Shown here: piece after piece, positions 1 to 12,130 of the stretch | How positions within the stretch are numbered: the stretch's first letter is position 1 | How the letters are laid out: every line of letters starts with the position of its first letter | Origin: Macrostomum hystrix | Lineage: Eukaryota > Animalia > Platyhelminthes | Assembly: GCA_950097015.1 (NCBI GenBank) | Contig: CATNEN010000030.1 | Location: forward strand, 3,100,001 to 3,164,000 | Length of the DNA stretch: 64,000 bases | Direction of reading: 5' to 3' | Made by a program: the position numbers and the translations under genes | The notes under the pieces: generated by a model | What the model was told of the DNA's origin: nothing | What the model saw: the letters and a program-made list of their open reading frames with translations, nothing else | The model's database searches: none

Positions 1-156
1 TACAGCTGTTCAGTCCATGGACTGGGGGGACCCCCAATTACCTCAGCTGATGCTGGTTAAGTGTCTTGTTAAAAGACACAAATTGTTCCAGTGGAGTGTG
101 GAATCGAACCATCGACCTTTAAGCCGTAAGTGCGATGCTCTAACCACTAGGCTACA
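1..156 (-). mobile_element. tRNA-derived SINE, family 1 (partial, cut by window edge, internal deletion)
   Basis: Reverse complement gives TGTAGCCTAGTGGTTAGAGCATCGCAC...GGTTCGATTCC (Pol III A/B boxes) followed by the family-1 body; it matches the copy at 2854-3154. Confidence 0.85.
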
Positions 157-1347
157 ACCTAAATAATAATAATAAACGTTGCCTATATTTACTAACATTA
201 GTATAAATAAATAAAATAAAATAAACAATTTCTAGATTATCAGTTAAGAGATAGAAGTGATTGTTGAAAAATTTTTGGTCAACAAAATAAGTAAAAAACA
301 TATTTTCAATGTTACTTCTTACAATTGTTTTTACTTGTATTGTTTCTAAAGTTCATTGCACATGACATTTTAAACTACGAATTAAACTGTAAGCCCAACA
401 AAATCATCTAGCTGTACTTTTTCATGACTGCTTTACGATAACAGCCCTAAGCCATTAGAACTGTAACTGGACATTTTAACTGACCTTATAACAAATAATT
501 AGGAAATAATCATTTGTGAGAGCTAGAGAATGGAGCATTTTTATTATTTATTAATAAGCAGCACACAATTCGCCTGACTAAGTCAATTCTTGACCAAAGT
601 CTTATCTAAGTCCACTTATCGGCTAACAGAGTCAATAACAGAAGTCCTTCTTCGCTCCTATCTCACCTTGAATGTACCGTCAGTTAGCGAGATAGAGAAT
701 GTAAAAAAAAAGAAATAGCGTGGCGATACGCACTACGAAGCGCGAAACGGTAAACACAGTTTGCCCTCATTTTTCTACCTTAGCCTCATAGCTGGAATGG
801 CCAGTACGTGGGTGGTTTAGCACAGGTATATAGGAAGTCGCCTGCCTTAGCTTAGAAAGAGCACCTTGTAGAAGAAGCCGAGCAAACTAGAAGAAAACTG
901 GGAAAGGAAATGAAGCAGGATAAGGCGTGATACAGACTGCGTGAATTATATAAAGCGCGGCGGATGCCGAACCCCGTCTGAAACCTCTAGCTACATAGGC
1001 AAGAATATACAACAGGGAGAGTAAGTCAATTGGACAGTTAGCTGGTAATCTATTAAAAAATGCCAAAATACAACATTGCAAGACAAGAGAATTGACTGAG
1101 TGCGTCAAATTTTACTGTACACGCTGTAAAAGCTGATGGGAGGATTCAACAGTGCGGCTGTACAACAGAATGGCCTGTTTTATAATGTAATGTTATAAAG
1201 TTGTTTTTCATGCTATACAATATATAGGCAGTGTGCGACAACTCATTGTGCTTTGCTCCTCTTTCTCTCTAGCGTGTTTTTCAACGCTCACTCGTGCTGG
1301 CCTGCCAGTCAACAGCAGCCACACAGGCTTGTTTACGCGCTTTCCTA

Positions 1348-1354
<7 letters not shown>

Positions 1355-1396
<42 letters not shown>
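1355..1396. repeat. (CT)n microsatellite
   Basis: About 20 CT units; source of the ERER/SLSL ORFs in the track. Confidence 0.95.
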
Positions 1397-1397
<1 letters not shown>

Positions 1398-2853
1398 AGC
1401 CATGAGCAAGCGGGTCCTGCTCTGGCCATAATGCAAAATTAGTTGTCTATCGCCCTGACTCGACATTCTTTCTTATTTTTCTATTTGCCAGTGCAAAAAC
1501 TCGAAATAGACTGGGTCTACAAACAAATAGAATTGCTAATTGTTGTTGAACTCTACCTTCAGCGGCTGATGCAGACTCTATGGCACTACAAAATTGCTGT
1601 TCGAGATGTTAGCAAGACTTTAGTAGCAGTGAGAATGGGACGCAAAGGGCTGGGAAGATATGAGGGGAGTAGCGTTGAGAGGATTGATAATTATAAGCCG
1701 ATAGGGATCGCGCGACAACTGGGACAACCAATCAGACTGCCGGGGTGGAAGGACAGGAAATGTTGAATGGAGAGGCTGAACACGATGCGCGCGCACCTAG
1801 CTGTGGAATTGTGGAATTATACAGAAAAAAGTAAACCTTTCCTCTCCTGTCTCAGAAGCTCATCAGCTCACGCGCGGCGGAGTCTCCGGGCGCCCCAGAG
1901 GCGGACACACAGAAAAGCCGCATCCGCAGAAAATCCCGGCCGAGCCAACACAGCAGTAGACGAAGCCAAAGTCTAAGCCGCTCGGCGAGCATAGTATATT
2001 AATCACATACGCAACACTTTAGCACTAGCGTTATTGAGACGTCGAAAGGCCCGGAGCGAAGCCATGACATGGCAGGAATGTTACTATTCCGCTACAATGA
2101 GCTCGACTATTTGAGAACCCAACAGTTTTTATGTGCATGATATTTCGTTCACAAAATTGGCAGGGTGACTACAGTTAGCAGTAGTTACAAGCCAAGGAGG
2201 TCAGCGCTGTTCTCCTGTTGCTGAGGAGAATCTGGGTAAAATAGGCCAAGCCTTATATACAAACAAACCTATAAGATAAGGCACATTTGCTGTCAGCGTG
2301 CGAGTGACAGGTGGAAAATATTTGGGATATATCTAGAGGTTGAATAGCAGGAAAAGCAAAAACAGTCACGTAGGTTAAAGAGTAGATAAACTCAGCAGAA
2401 GCTCCTCCATGCACGATACACAAACATTCAGGCCAACAAAACAGTAAACAGCGATGCTTTTCAAAACTGCTCAATCTGAATGATGATAAAAAAATTGACA
2501 AAGGTTGATAAAAACATCAGTGATTTGCAACATGCACTTCTATCTAGCTTTACTAATAAGCTAGAATCTACTTGTACTATAGCACAGAGAGGATCAAAGA
2601 CAAGCAAATTATAATTGATGTCGCTATAACAATTTTCATAGCATCTACAAGCCATCTATGAGCTAGTCTAATAGTTGTTTAACCAAGACAGTATATCTAA
2701 CAATCAATCAGTGGCGAGATAGTTTAAGGTTCATTTTTGTCACCTGCAAGCATTACCCAAATTAGGGCCAAAAGTCACACCCAACTTGCACAATTTTTAA
2801 GCTTTTAGTCATATAGCTTGTTTTGTTCCCTAACAAAAAAGGAACATTGTGTA

Positions 2854-3154
2854 TAATAATAATAATAATTGATTACACCTGCCCCAATTGGGTCAGATGT
2901 GCAGCCGACAGCACAGCCGCAGCTAATGCGCGTCGCATCTGAAGGCTGCGTACAGCTGTTCAGTCCATGGACTGGGGGGACGCCACACCCACCTTCAATT
3001 ATCCCAGCTGATGCTGGTACCCATTTAACAGCTGGGTGAACTGAAGCAATGCAGAGTTAAGTGTCTTGCTAAAGGACGCAAATTGTTCCAGTGGAGTCGG
3101 GAATCGAACCCCCGACCTTCAACTCGTGAGTCCGACGCCCTAACCACTAGGCTC
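2854..3154 (-). mobile_element. tRNA-derived SINE, family 1, full length
   Basis: Minus strand: GGAGCCTAGTGGTTAGGGCGTCGG (A box), GGTTCGATTCCC (B box), central GTCCTTTAGCAAGACACTTAAC...CACCCAGCTGTTAAATGGGTACC resembling conserved SINE core domains, and an (ATT)n tail. ATTGTGTATA occurs on both flanks as a possible target-site duplication. Confidence 0.9.
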
Positions 3155-3419
3155 CTGTATATTGTGTATATACAGGATTCAAACTTTCTGCTACTTATAA
3201 TATTTTAAGAATTAATACTCTTTAAAATACTTAAAATGTAAGAGATATTGATTTTATGATTTTTGTAGAATTCTAAAAACAGAACATTTTCTCTGAACTA
3301 CAGTATTTCTCTGAACTACAATATTTATTTAAGAAATGCAAACCTATAAGGCAACAATTTATAAACATAAATATTTTTATTTTATTTATACTGTGCCTAA
3401 TACTTTAGATGTAAATGAG

Positions 3420-3717
3420 GTTTTGGGCTTTAGGTTAGAGCATTGGACTCATGACTTGAAGATTTGGGGTTTGATTCTTGACTCCAGGAAAACAATTTGT
3501 GTCCTTTAGCAAGACACTTAACTCTGCATTGATTCAGTTCACCCAGCAGTTAAATGGATACCAGCATTAACTGGGGTAATAGATGGTGGGTGTGGCATCC
3601 CCCAAGTCCATGGACTGAACAGCTGTACACAGCCTTCAGATGCGCCATGCAATAGCTGCGGCTGTGCTGTTGGCTGCACATCTGGCCCAATTTGGGCAGG
3701 TACAATCAATTATAATT
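3420..3717 (+). mobile_element. tRNA-derived SINE, family 1, full length, CpG-decayed
   Basis: Colinear with the reverse complement of 2854-3154 along its whole length; most CpGs have become TpG or CpA. Confidence 0.9.
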
Positions 3718-4659
3718 CTAATGAAATTCTAAGAACAGAACATCCTGTCTACACTACATAAAACAATATCAACTTAAAAATGTAAACCTATGGGACAACA
3801 AAAAGTTAAACAGAAAATACTTTTTTATATATTCATACTGTGCTTCATTAAAGTATATTGTACCACATCTTAGTCCATGTGCTGATAAAATATACTAAAG
3901 CACTTCTTGATAAGATCACTGATAAGTTCACTTTATAGGGTTAAAAAATATGGTTTCATTTACAGCATAGCAAACATCAGCTTTTTTTCAATTGTTGATT
4001 AAGCTTAAACATTAAATGTTTTATGAGGATAATTTTTAAAGAATATTTTAGGATAAGACTACACTTTTTGAATACTTTCTATTTGTATAGTAATGTGGTT
4101 ATAAAATGCAGCCCTACTTCTAGCAGGGAAGATTTAAAAAGCTATTTTTGTTAGGCATTAAGCAGTTCTAAAACTGGGGAAAGTTGAAGGTAAGACAAGG
4201 CAGAACAGAGAAAGTTAGTGCGAGGTAGGACAAATGACAGTAGTAGACCTAAAGAAAAATAAATGTGTTTAATAGCTATGCCTATCTGCTTAGAGAAATT
4301 CACAATTTACAACATGTACTACATGCCCAACTTCACAATTTCACCCATCCGGTGCGACATACTTTTTGTCCAGATTTGCAACTTAGTTCCTCCCAATTGC
4401 GACCTAATTTTCAATTTGTATGACTTTTCTTGCCTTTTTCTCTTTTTTTCTCTCTCCTCTTTCCCTCTCTCTCTCTTTTCTCCCTCCTTTCTTTTCTCTT
4501 TCTCTTCCTTTACTTTTTTTCTTCCCCCAATTTTTGTTTTTTGTGTTTTTGATCTTGCGACTTACCTTTGGCAGGCAGCCATTTCACCCATCTGGTTTGG
4601 ATGGGTTGGATGGGTGTTGGGCATGTATGATTTACAATATATGAGAATCTGCTGAATAG

Positions 4660-5950
4660 GCCTACTTAGCTAGTGGAACACCCTCTTGATAAGAATTGCT
4701 CCCCATTGACAGCTTCACAAGTGGTGCACCAGCTGACACCAGCAGCACACAGCACATAGCACACACAGCATACCTGATGTCAACAGCACAGGGCTCAATT
4801 CCAAGAAGGGCCCCTTTGTCACCCCATCCCATTGCCTGGTGGTCCTGCACTGCCTACTACACAGTGGCAATAGACCTTAAAGCAGCCCCAAATGATGAAG
4901 CCCTGGCAGTTGCCTATCAAGCCATATGCAACCATGCCATAGTCAAAAAACCTACATTTCTGCCAGGAGTATATATGCTGATCAACAGAGGCCCATCATG
5001 CCACATCAGAAGTGTGTCAGTGCAATGGTTCCCAAAAAGCAAAAAGCCACTAGGTATCACCTCTAGCTACTGCCCCATCAGTCTGCTTAGGTGTCTGAGT
5101 TAAAAAAAGCCTTTCCAGCATGTTGGAGTCTAAGAACCTCCTGTACCCAGCCCAAGCCAGTTACTGCTGGGGCCATACCCCAGAGGAGCACATTGCTCCA
5201 GCTGCACAGTTTATATTTGATGGCCTTCAGGCCAGGAAGCCTGTCTGTCACAGTACTGCTCCTGGTGGACTTCTCCCAGTATATGATCACATGTAGCACA
5301 AGGCCCTCATCACCAAACTGCATTGCCTGGGCATTCCTAGCTGTTTTATCCACTGGATTGCGGCCTTCTTTAGAAACCACCAGGCTTATGTCTCATGGGA
5401 CAACTGTTGCAGAAAAGTGAGTGGCTTCTATGGAAAGACTCCCTCAAGGCTCCATGATCACTCCTACCCTGTGGATTGTCTACATGGATGACCTACTGAC
5501 AAGAGTGCCCTAATCTTAGCTTATGTTGACAACACCATACTCGTATATGGAGTGCAAGGCACCAAGTTGTTGGTCTATTAAGCAGCCTTGTAACTTGCCA
5601 CTGACTGGCTGGTCCACTGAAGGACTCCTGGAAGGTCAACCTGAACTGAAAAAAGTCAGTTGTGAGATACCAAATGTTTGACCCTAGGCAAGTCCTCTAC
5701 AGCTCCTTCTTTTGGCTTTTTTGTATGGCCAACTTGCACAACTCCTGTATCAAAGGCTGCTGTAATAGCACGCTAACAGCTGCACTCCTTTATGAAGTAG
5801 ACCTTTGTGGCTAGCACTCACCTTACCTAACCTGTCAAACCAGATGAAGACAAGATCTACTTTGTACCAGCCATATCCTGCTTCTCAATGCCTATTGAAA
5901 TCACATTAGCATAGACCCAGAGCCTACTTGCCTAGTGTATAGACCAGAGG
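4660..5950 (+). pseudogene. Degenerate non-LTR retrotransposon (LINE) reverse transcriptase
   Basis: Frameshifted remnants of RT motifs: YCPISLL (YRPISLL, about 5065), VLLVDFSQ (xFLDFSKAFD), KLHCLGIPSCFIHWIAAFFRNHQAYV (about 5315-5390), LPQGSMITPTLWIVYMDDL (GVPQGSxLGPxLFxxYxxDL, about 5435-5495), LAYVDN (YADD, about 5515). Contains stops and frameshifts. Confidence 0.85.
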
Positions 5951-8900
5951 ACTGCCAAATATGGGCACCATTAACTCATTGTTGTCACCTTAGCCTGTCC
6001 CTATCCATTGCAACTTTAGGCTGGGACAGCCTTACATGTTGGGGAATTTCTAATGGGAAGTAGGTATGTTACTATTGATCAATCTTCTAGAGCAGGGGAA
6101 TCAATAACAAATAAGCTACCTAAAAATATACAAAATAAGTAATATATTAACTGAACTTTTTAGCATTAAAGTAATAAATCTATGCTAATTGAGAATCAAT
6201 ATAAATAATCCCTATCGAAGCCAATAGGGGTTTTTGCAGACAGAGTCTGGCGCGCTTCTGAAAAATTGCCTGCCCGGCTGCACAGAAAGAAATTCCTGTC
6301 CGCACAGCTGCAACCTTGTGTGTGTAAAGTTGTTGTAAGTATGTAGATGTATAACAGTGTGCCCTTGCTCCGCAGTGCCTAAGTGCAAAAAGACAACCTT
6401 AGCTGTTCTAATTATAGAAATACACTACGGAGATCAAAAAAAGGTCTTTTGACATTGTTTTGTAAAATCAATTACTATATTGAGTCAGACTGAAGATATA
6501 TAGCAATTGCGGATTTGCACTCTTTTTCTTGAAACCAACTGGGCACCTATGTGCCTAGCAGGAGTGTCCGCAGCTTTTTTAAATTCGCTCCATTAGGGTA
6601 AATAATATATATTAATTATATTGCACAACTTAATAGCCAAGTGTTGAAAAAACGTTATAATCTATATTTATAGGCCTAGGCCCATTATTATTATCATGCT
6701 AGGCCCCTACATTTTGATTTGCACAAGTTCTGACATTGCTTTGCTTATTAGCTATTGTTAACAAAAATGCTAAGAGAGCATTATTCACACAATTATTAAT
6801 GATTGTAATAATCTCAATTATTATTGTGATTAAAAAATGTAGGCCTACCCAAATACAAGATGCCATTTTTTTAATTATTTTTATATTAACTGAATACTTA
6901 ATTTTGGGAGTTCAACATTTTTTATAACAAATAATATATAATACAGAATAAGGGGCCTACTACTATAGCACACCACATCATACCTACCATTTACAGGATT
7001 CATATGAATGATTGTATCAAGTGAATTGGCCTGCTTGTCAACTTTATCATGACAAAATATAGCTAGGCCTAAACTGACCCAAAGGCCTAGCTCTCTTAAA
7101 ACAGGCTAAATAGCTAACGCCTAACTAGGCGTTGCTCTCTTTTAATTAATTGATTTAACCAAGCCTAGCCTAGAGACATAGGAATAGGCCTAGAGGCTAG
7201 ATAGGCCTACCATGTGAAAGTGCAAGAACTGAAATAAATTTCTATTTAAGATATAAGGAAAAGCGTGTCCGATGCCATTCATTAATAACATTAAGCTCTA
7301 TGCATAAGAGATTGAGATCTACTCATTCGGCTTCGCTTATTAAACTTTTTTATCAAATCAATATATAGTAAAATTATAAAGCTACCGAATATCTTGATAA
7401 CCTGTGTAGATAAGAGCTACAGTTCAGTTCACAGTGAAAAATCTGGCGTACTTTTAAAATTTCATCAGTATGGCACTGCTTAGAGTGGTATATATAGATA
7501 TAAAAATATAGGCCTATATACGTACATATCTTAGTGATACAGCTTAGTTCGATTGGAAAATCCTAGCAATGTACTTTTCGTTTGTTATGTAAGTGAAGTA
7601 GTTGTTTATCAACAAAATTAAGTAGTGCGCAAATGAAAGCGAAAGCGTCCATCTTAAAATGTTATTTTTATGAAAGCAGAAACCTATAAAGTATTTCGGA
7701 TATAATATATAATATTAATGCTGAGTTTAAAATTAAAAGTGTTAGAATACATTTGTTTTACTTTACCACCACGAAAATTTCAACATATAACGGTTTCAAA
7801 TTACGTAAAGATTTTTTCGTTCAATAATGTGCAGTAATATTCGGAGCTTAGATAGCTGCGAAAAGAAGGCATAAAGGGCTAGGCCCCGCGGCCTACTGAG
7901 ATTTAAAAAAGCTTCATACGTCACGCTTAAAAGGCTTTTGTTGTAGATCGCAGCGAAGCGTCAAATATAAGAATTTACGAGCTTCACGAGCAATACTTTA
8001 TACTAGCTGTGCTTGTGATAACGAACATTAGGGCTAGCCATGAATGGGCCAAATTCACTTAGGAATGAGGGTACAAAGCGTAGTATTAGAGGGCCGAACT
8101 AAAGCTAATAGTCTATGGCAGTAAGCACAAATAAGTAATGAAAATAAATATATAATCACTCCAAACGAATCGACTCCAAATTTGATGCGCTCCACTGATA
8201 ACTAGCTTGCTCTTCTAAGACTGTAAAGTTTAGTTGGAATTCATGCCGCGAAAGTGGCTCCATTCTGAATATAAATATTAACATCTTAGACTGCATATAA
8301 ATGCATTGCGGAGAGAGGCGAGCACTCCATATGCGAAAGACCCTTGCTTCTAGCACTGACCAGGACACCCAGTAGATGTCCAGCATAGAGTCCCTCTAGC
8401 AGCCGTTATTCTCTCTCCTTCTGGCCTAAATACTAGTCGGAGCAACCGGGGCCCCTGCCTCGTTAGGTTTTAGTTTTGAAACGCAAGGGGTGGTGGCAGA
8501 AAACTCCCTGGCTAGAATTTGAGTAGACAATGGGACCTTGACCAATCAAAACAACAAACCAGCTGAAATTAGTGTGGCCTGAAATTATTCCATCTTGGGA
8601 TCAGCGCCATGGGATTTCCAGCGCTTGCAATGAGCCAACCTCGGGTTTTATCAGTTAGCATTTAGAAAACAAATAGAGACCATATATTTGCTAGTGACGA
8701 TGATTTTAAAAAATAAATAATATTTATTTAGTGAAGCAAATATGCTTGCAGCATAAGAGCTCAATCACAGCAGAATCTGAAAAAATGCATAATTGTTGCG
8801 GACCGAAAATAAATCTCGAAAGGTGCGTCAAATTTTCCGATGTGCACAATTTCCTAGTTTCTTATGGATTTCTTAAATACTATTTTAACAAAATACTATA

Positions 8901-9039
8901 AGCTTTCAATAAGGACAGGTAACTGACTATAGCTAGTGAAAGGCAACACAGCAACACAACAAACAAAACTAGTTACAAAGCAAATTTAGCGAAAATCAGC
9001 TGCACAAAATTTTTTTCTAGCGAACTAAGGAACACGCAG

Positions 9040-9125
9040 ACTAGCGGACTCCTGACCTAGAGGTCGGGAGTTCGAACCTCAGGCCAAGGGAAGTTATTTA
9101 TGCCCTTTAGCAAGACGATTGTGCC
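9040..9125 (+). mobile_element. Divergent SINE head (tRNA-like B box plus start of core), truncated
   Basis: GGTCGGGAGTTCGAACCTC followed by GCCCTTTAGCAAGAC, as in family 1. Confidence 0.55.
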
Positions 9126-9134
9126 CTGTGTGCT

Positions 9135-9490
9135 GCATCTGGTTCTGTGTACAGCATCTGGTTCTGTGTACAGCATCTGGTACTGTGTACAGCATCTGGT
9201 TCTGTGTACAGCATCTGGTACTGTGTACAGCATCTGGTTCTGTGTACAGCATCTGGTACTGTGTACAGCATCTGGTTCTGTGTACAGCATCTGGTACTGT
9301 GTACAGCATCTGGTTCTGTGTACAGCATCTGGTTCTTTGTACAGCATCTGGTACTGTGTACAGCATCTGGTTCTGTGTACAGCATCTGGTACTGTGTACA
9401 GCATCTGGTACTGTGTACAGCATCTGGTACTGTGTACAGCATCTGGTTCTGTGTACAGCATCTGGTACTGTGTACAGCATCTGGTTCTGT
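9135..9490. repeat. 19-bp minisatellite (CTGGTWCTGTGTACAGCAT)n
   Basis: About 19 near-identical units; explains six overlapping ORFs in the track. Confidence 0.95.
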
Positions 9491-9686
9491 GGGCAGGTCT
9501 CGCAGGCTATTTTGTAATTCTTTTTTTTAGCATTCAAAGCGAAAAGTGATGAAGCAACGAAAGTCCTCCTGAAAAAGGTCACAAAATAAAGTATTTATTT
9601 TTAATTCGGACGGCAATAAAACGCGAGATATAAACAGGCTTTCAAAGCAGAAAACGATTTCTGATTTCAGATGGAAAATATAGACC

Positions 9687-10298
9687 TTAACTATTGATTG
9701 GGTTAGCAACAGTTGCCATGGAAATAATAGCAGAAACTGAAGGCAGAGGAGCAGCCGCAGCTGGGAAAGCTTCGTCAGTGTCGACTCCGGCCTCGACCAG
9801 GACCGCACCAGCCACGTTGTCAAAGTAGGCGAAAGCGAAGGCGGAGTTATTTAGCCATCGACGCGCCGAGCGGCGGTGCCGCCTCTCCAGGGCCTCCTCC
9901 TGGCGGATTCGCCGCTGCTCGGTCGGCGGCGGCATCGTCGCAGACATAGCCGACGACTGGCGGCTGCCGAGGGAGGCGAACAACCGACCGAGCCGGTCGC
10001 CGCAGGCCTCCGCGGTTCGGCGAATCGCCCGACTAAGGACGTTCAACCCGCCGATGCCGCCCGCGCCTCGAGCTACGCCGATTGTCGAAGCCTCATAGCA
10101 GGCTGCATTTTCGGCATCTCTGCCAACACCGGCATCGTCAGTTGACAGCGCCGTGCCCACTTCCAGAGCACCGTCGTCGTCACTGGTAAATACAAGGCGC
10201 CGCGACGATTGATGCCGCCGCCGTCGCCGTCGACGGGGCTGCTGATTGGTCTTGTCGGCTTCGCCGCTGCCACTATTCTGTTCATCGCAGCTGTTCAT
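9687..10298 (-). CDS. Intronless 203-aa protein, possibly a divergent FAM177 family member
   Basis: GC-rich ORF with ATG and stop in AT-rich flanks; candidate acceptors just upstream (CTCACTCAG, TATACAG). RRLVFTS...LSTDD, RAIRRTAEACGDRLGRLFASLG and EQRRIRQEE recall FAM177A1 RRIIHF..STDE, RAATSTLSVCDFLGEKIASVLG and EYYRMKKEE (from memory, not searched). Confidence 0.55.
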   Translation of the reverse strand: MNSCDEQNSGSGEADKTNQQPRRRRRRRHQSSRRLVFTSDDDGALEVGTALSTDDAGVGRDAENAACYEASTIGVARGAGGIGGLNVLSRAIRRTAEACGDRLGRLFASLGSRQSSAMSATMPPPTEQRRIRQEEALERRHRRSARRWLNNSAFAFAYFDNVAGAVLVEAGVDTDEAFPAAAAPLPSVSAIISMATVANPINS

Positions 10299-12080
10299 TA
10301 GTTACTGCTGTATAGGCTGTGTCTGAGTGAGGTAAGTTAGGAGGAGTTCAAGGCAATGCATCGCAAAAAAGGTACGGAGTGGTCCGTTCCTAGCACAATG
10401 GTGTAGACTATTATGTTCGAATTCCAGCGTTGAACTACGCTCGTACCACTATTTACTAGTACAAAATAACTGTTAGACAGCTGACAAAATAACTGTTAGA
10501 CAGCTGAAACATAACTCCCAGGAGATAGCAGTCTTACAGTAGACAATTCAACAGTTCAGTGATACCTGCAAGTAGGCGCTTTGTGACGTGTAGTTCTACT
10601 AATAGTAGTGTTGTTACAACCACGTATATTTTTATCTTCTGCCATTCCAATAGAAGATATCTCTCCGTTAGCCCACACGGGAGAAAGTGAAGAATTGGAA
10701 ATAGACGACAGGCAGACAGGAATGAGAACACTGCCGTCGGAGCCGCTCGCATCTGTGGCAGTTCTCAGACTTGAAAAAAATCACCACATTGGCTCATCTG
10801 CATAAGGAGCAGCAAAAGCAGCAGTGCACGTTTGGAAAGAATAATGGATCCGATGGAACAATGGGAGCCAGCGGACAATGCTAGATGCAGATGTAGTCAA
10901 ACAAAAAAACGACTGAGAAAATGAAAGGCAGAAAATGGATGAAACGCTATGCTTTATATAGCAGTGTTTTGAAGCGGTTACGAGTAAAAACGAGCTAGCT
11001 GTAATCACTCATGCTCTTTGTCCTGATTATTGTAAATTAATATTATGTTTCAGTCAGCGCATTATAATGAAGACATACAAATAAACAGATCTGCTCAGCC
11101 CGTGGACTGGGGAGGCCGCCACGCAAACCTAAATTTCTAGCTCAGCATAATTTCCATAAAATTTCCCATCGAAATATGGTATGTATTCCCTAATTTGTCC
11201 GCCAACTTTTATTGCAATTTTCTTCCTGTGTTTCAAACTCTAGCTTTGTCTCGCTCTCTCTTTCTCTCTCGGACTAAGCTAACAGTCTATGGTAAAACGT
11301 TGACCCGTTTATACGCCCCGGCTATATATATAATATAAATAGTGGTATAATTTGGGAGATACAGAAAAAAGAAAGCCGTGGGTATATGAAATCCCCCCAG
11401 TGGTCTTTGTACTGTAAAGACATTGTGCGGGCAAACGGGGAATACATTTAGCATTTTGCAGCCTAGTTGATTCTCCGAGCACTCAATTTAATCATGCATT
11501 GGTGCTGCCATGCAACAGCACTCGCTCTGCGAGCTTTGTGAAATTAAAATATTGAATAAAGGAACAAAATTATTAAATGCGATTGTACTGTATATTAGCA
11601 TAGTATATTCGTATACTAGTATCTCGTGGTGTACTAAATAGTCTCTGGTCATGACCAATAAATGGTTTATTTAGCAGCAATTTCAGTTTGTCACGTCCAA
11701 GGTCAAGCCACAGTCCACACTGTAGGAATAAATCCATTGTTTGAGAATCATATTAGCTTGAGAGTACTTTTATTTCTTCAAGCTGGAACTGCTATGCAAA
11801 CAAGTGCCTGGCTACGGTAAGACTGTCAACTAAATATCCCATAGGAATATTATCGAAACACTGTCAGGCGTACATTGCTTTGTGTATTACTGTTTACACA
11901 CAATGCTCAGGTGACTGAAACAGCTGGTTACAAGGCTTGACAAGCTGAGCTATGTAAAATTTTATAGCCAAAAAACGAAAACGTTACATGTGTTTGCCAG
12001 ATACACAGATGGCGGAGACGTGACCTATAGACCACTTGTTAGCTTGACCTAAACCTAGGGCTGAGAAAACATGAGCTGTG

Positions 12081-12130
12081 TTTCCAGCTGTGTTTCCAGC
12101 TGTGTTTCCAGCTGTGTTTCCAGCTGTGTT
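12081..12130. repeat. 12-bp tandem repeat (GCTGTGTTTCCA)n
   Basis: About 4-5 units seen directly. Confidence 0.85.

Noticed and set aside
1443-1976. Two abutting plus-strand ORFs in a GC-richer patch
   Set aside because: Non-ATG or weak starts, no recognisable motifs and no splice framework.
2854-3154. tRNA genes suggested by A/B boxes (here and in other copies)
   Set aside because: The tRNA-like heads continue into a shared SINE body and tail and lack a complete cloverleaf.
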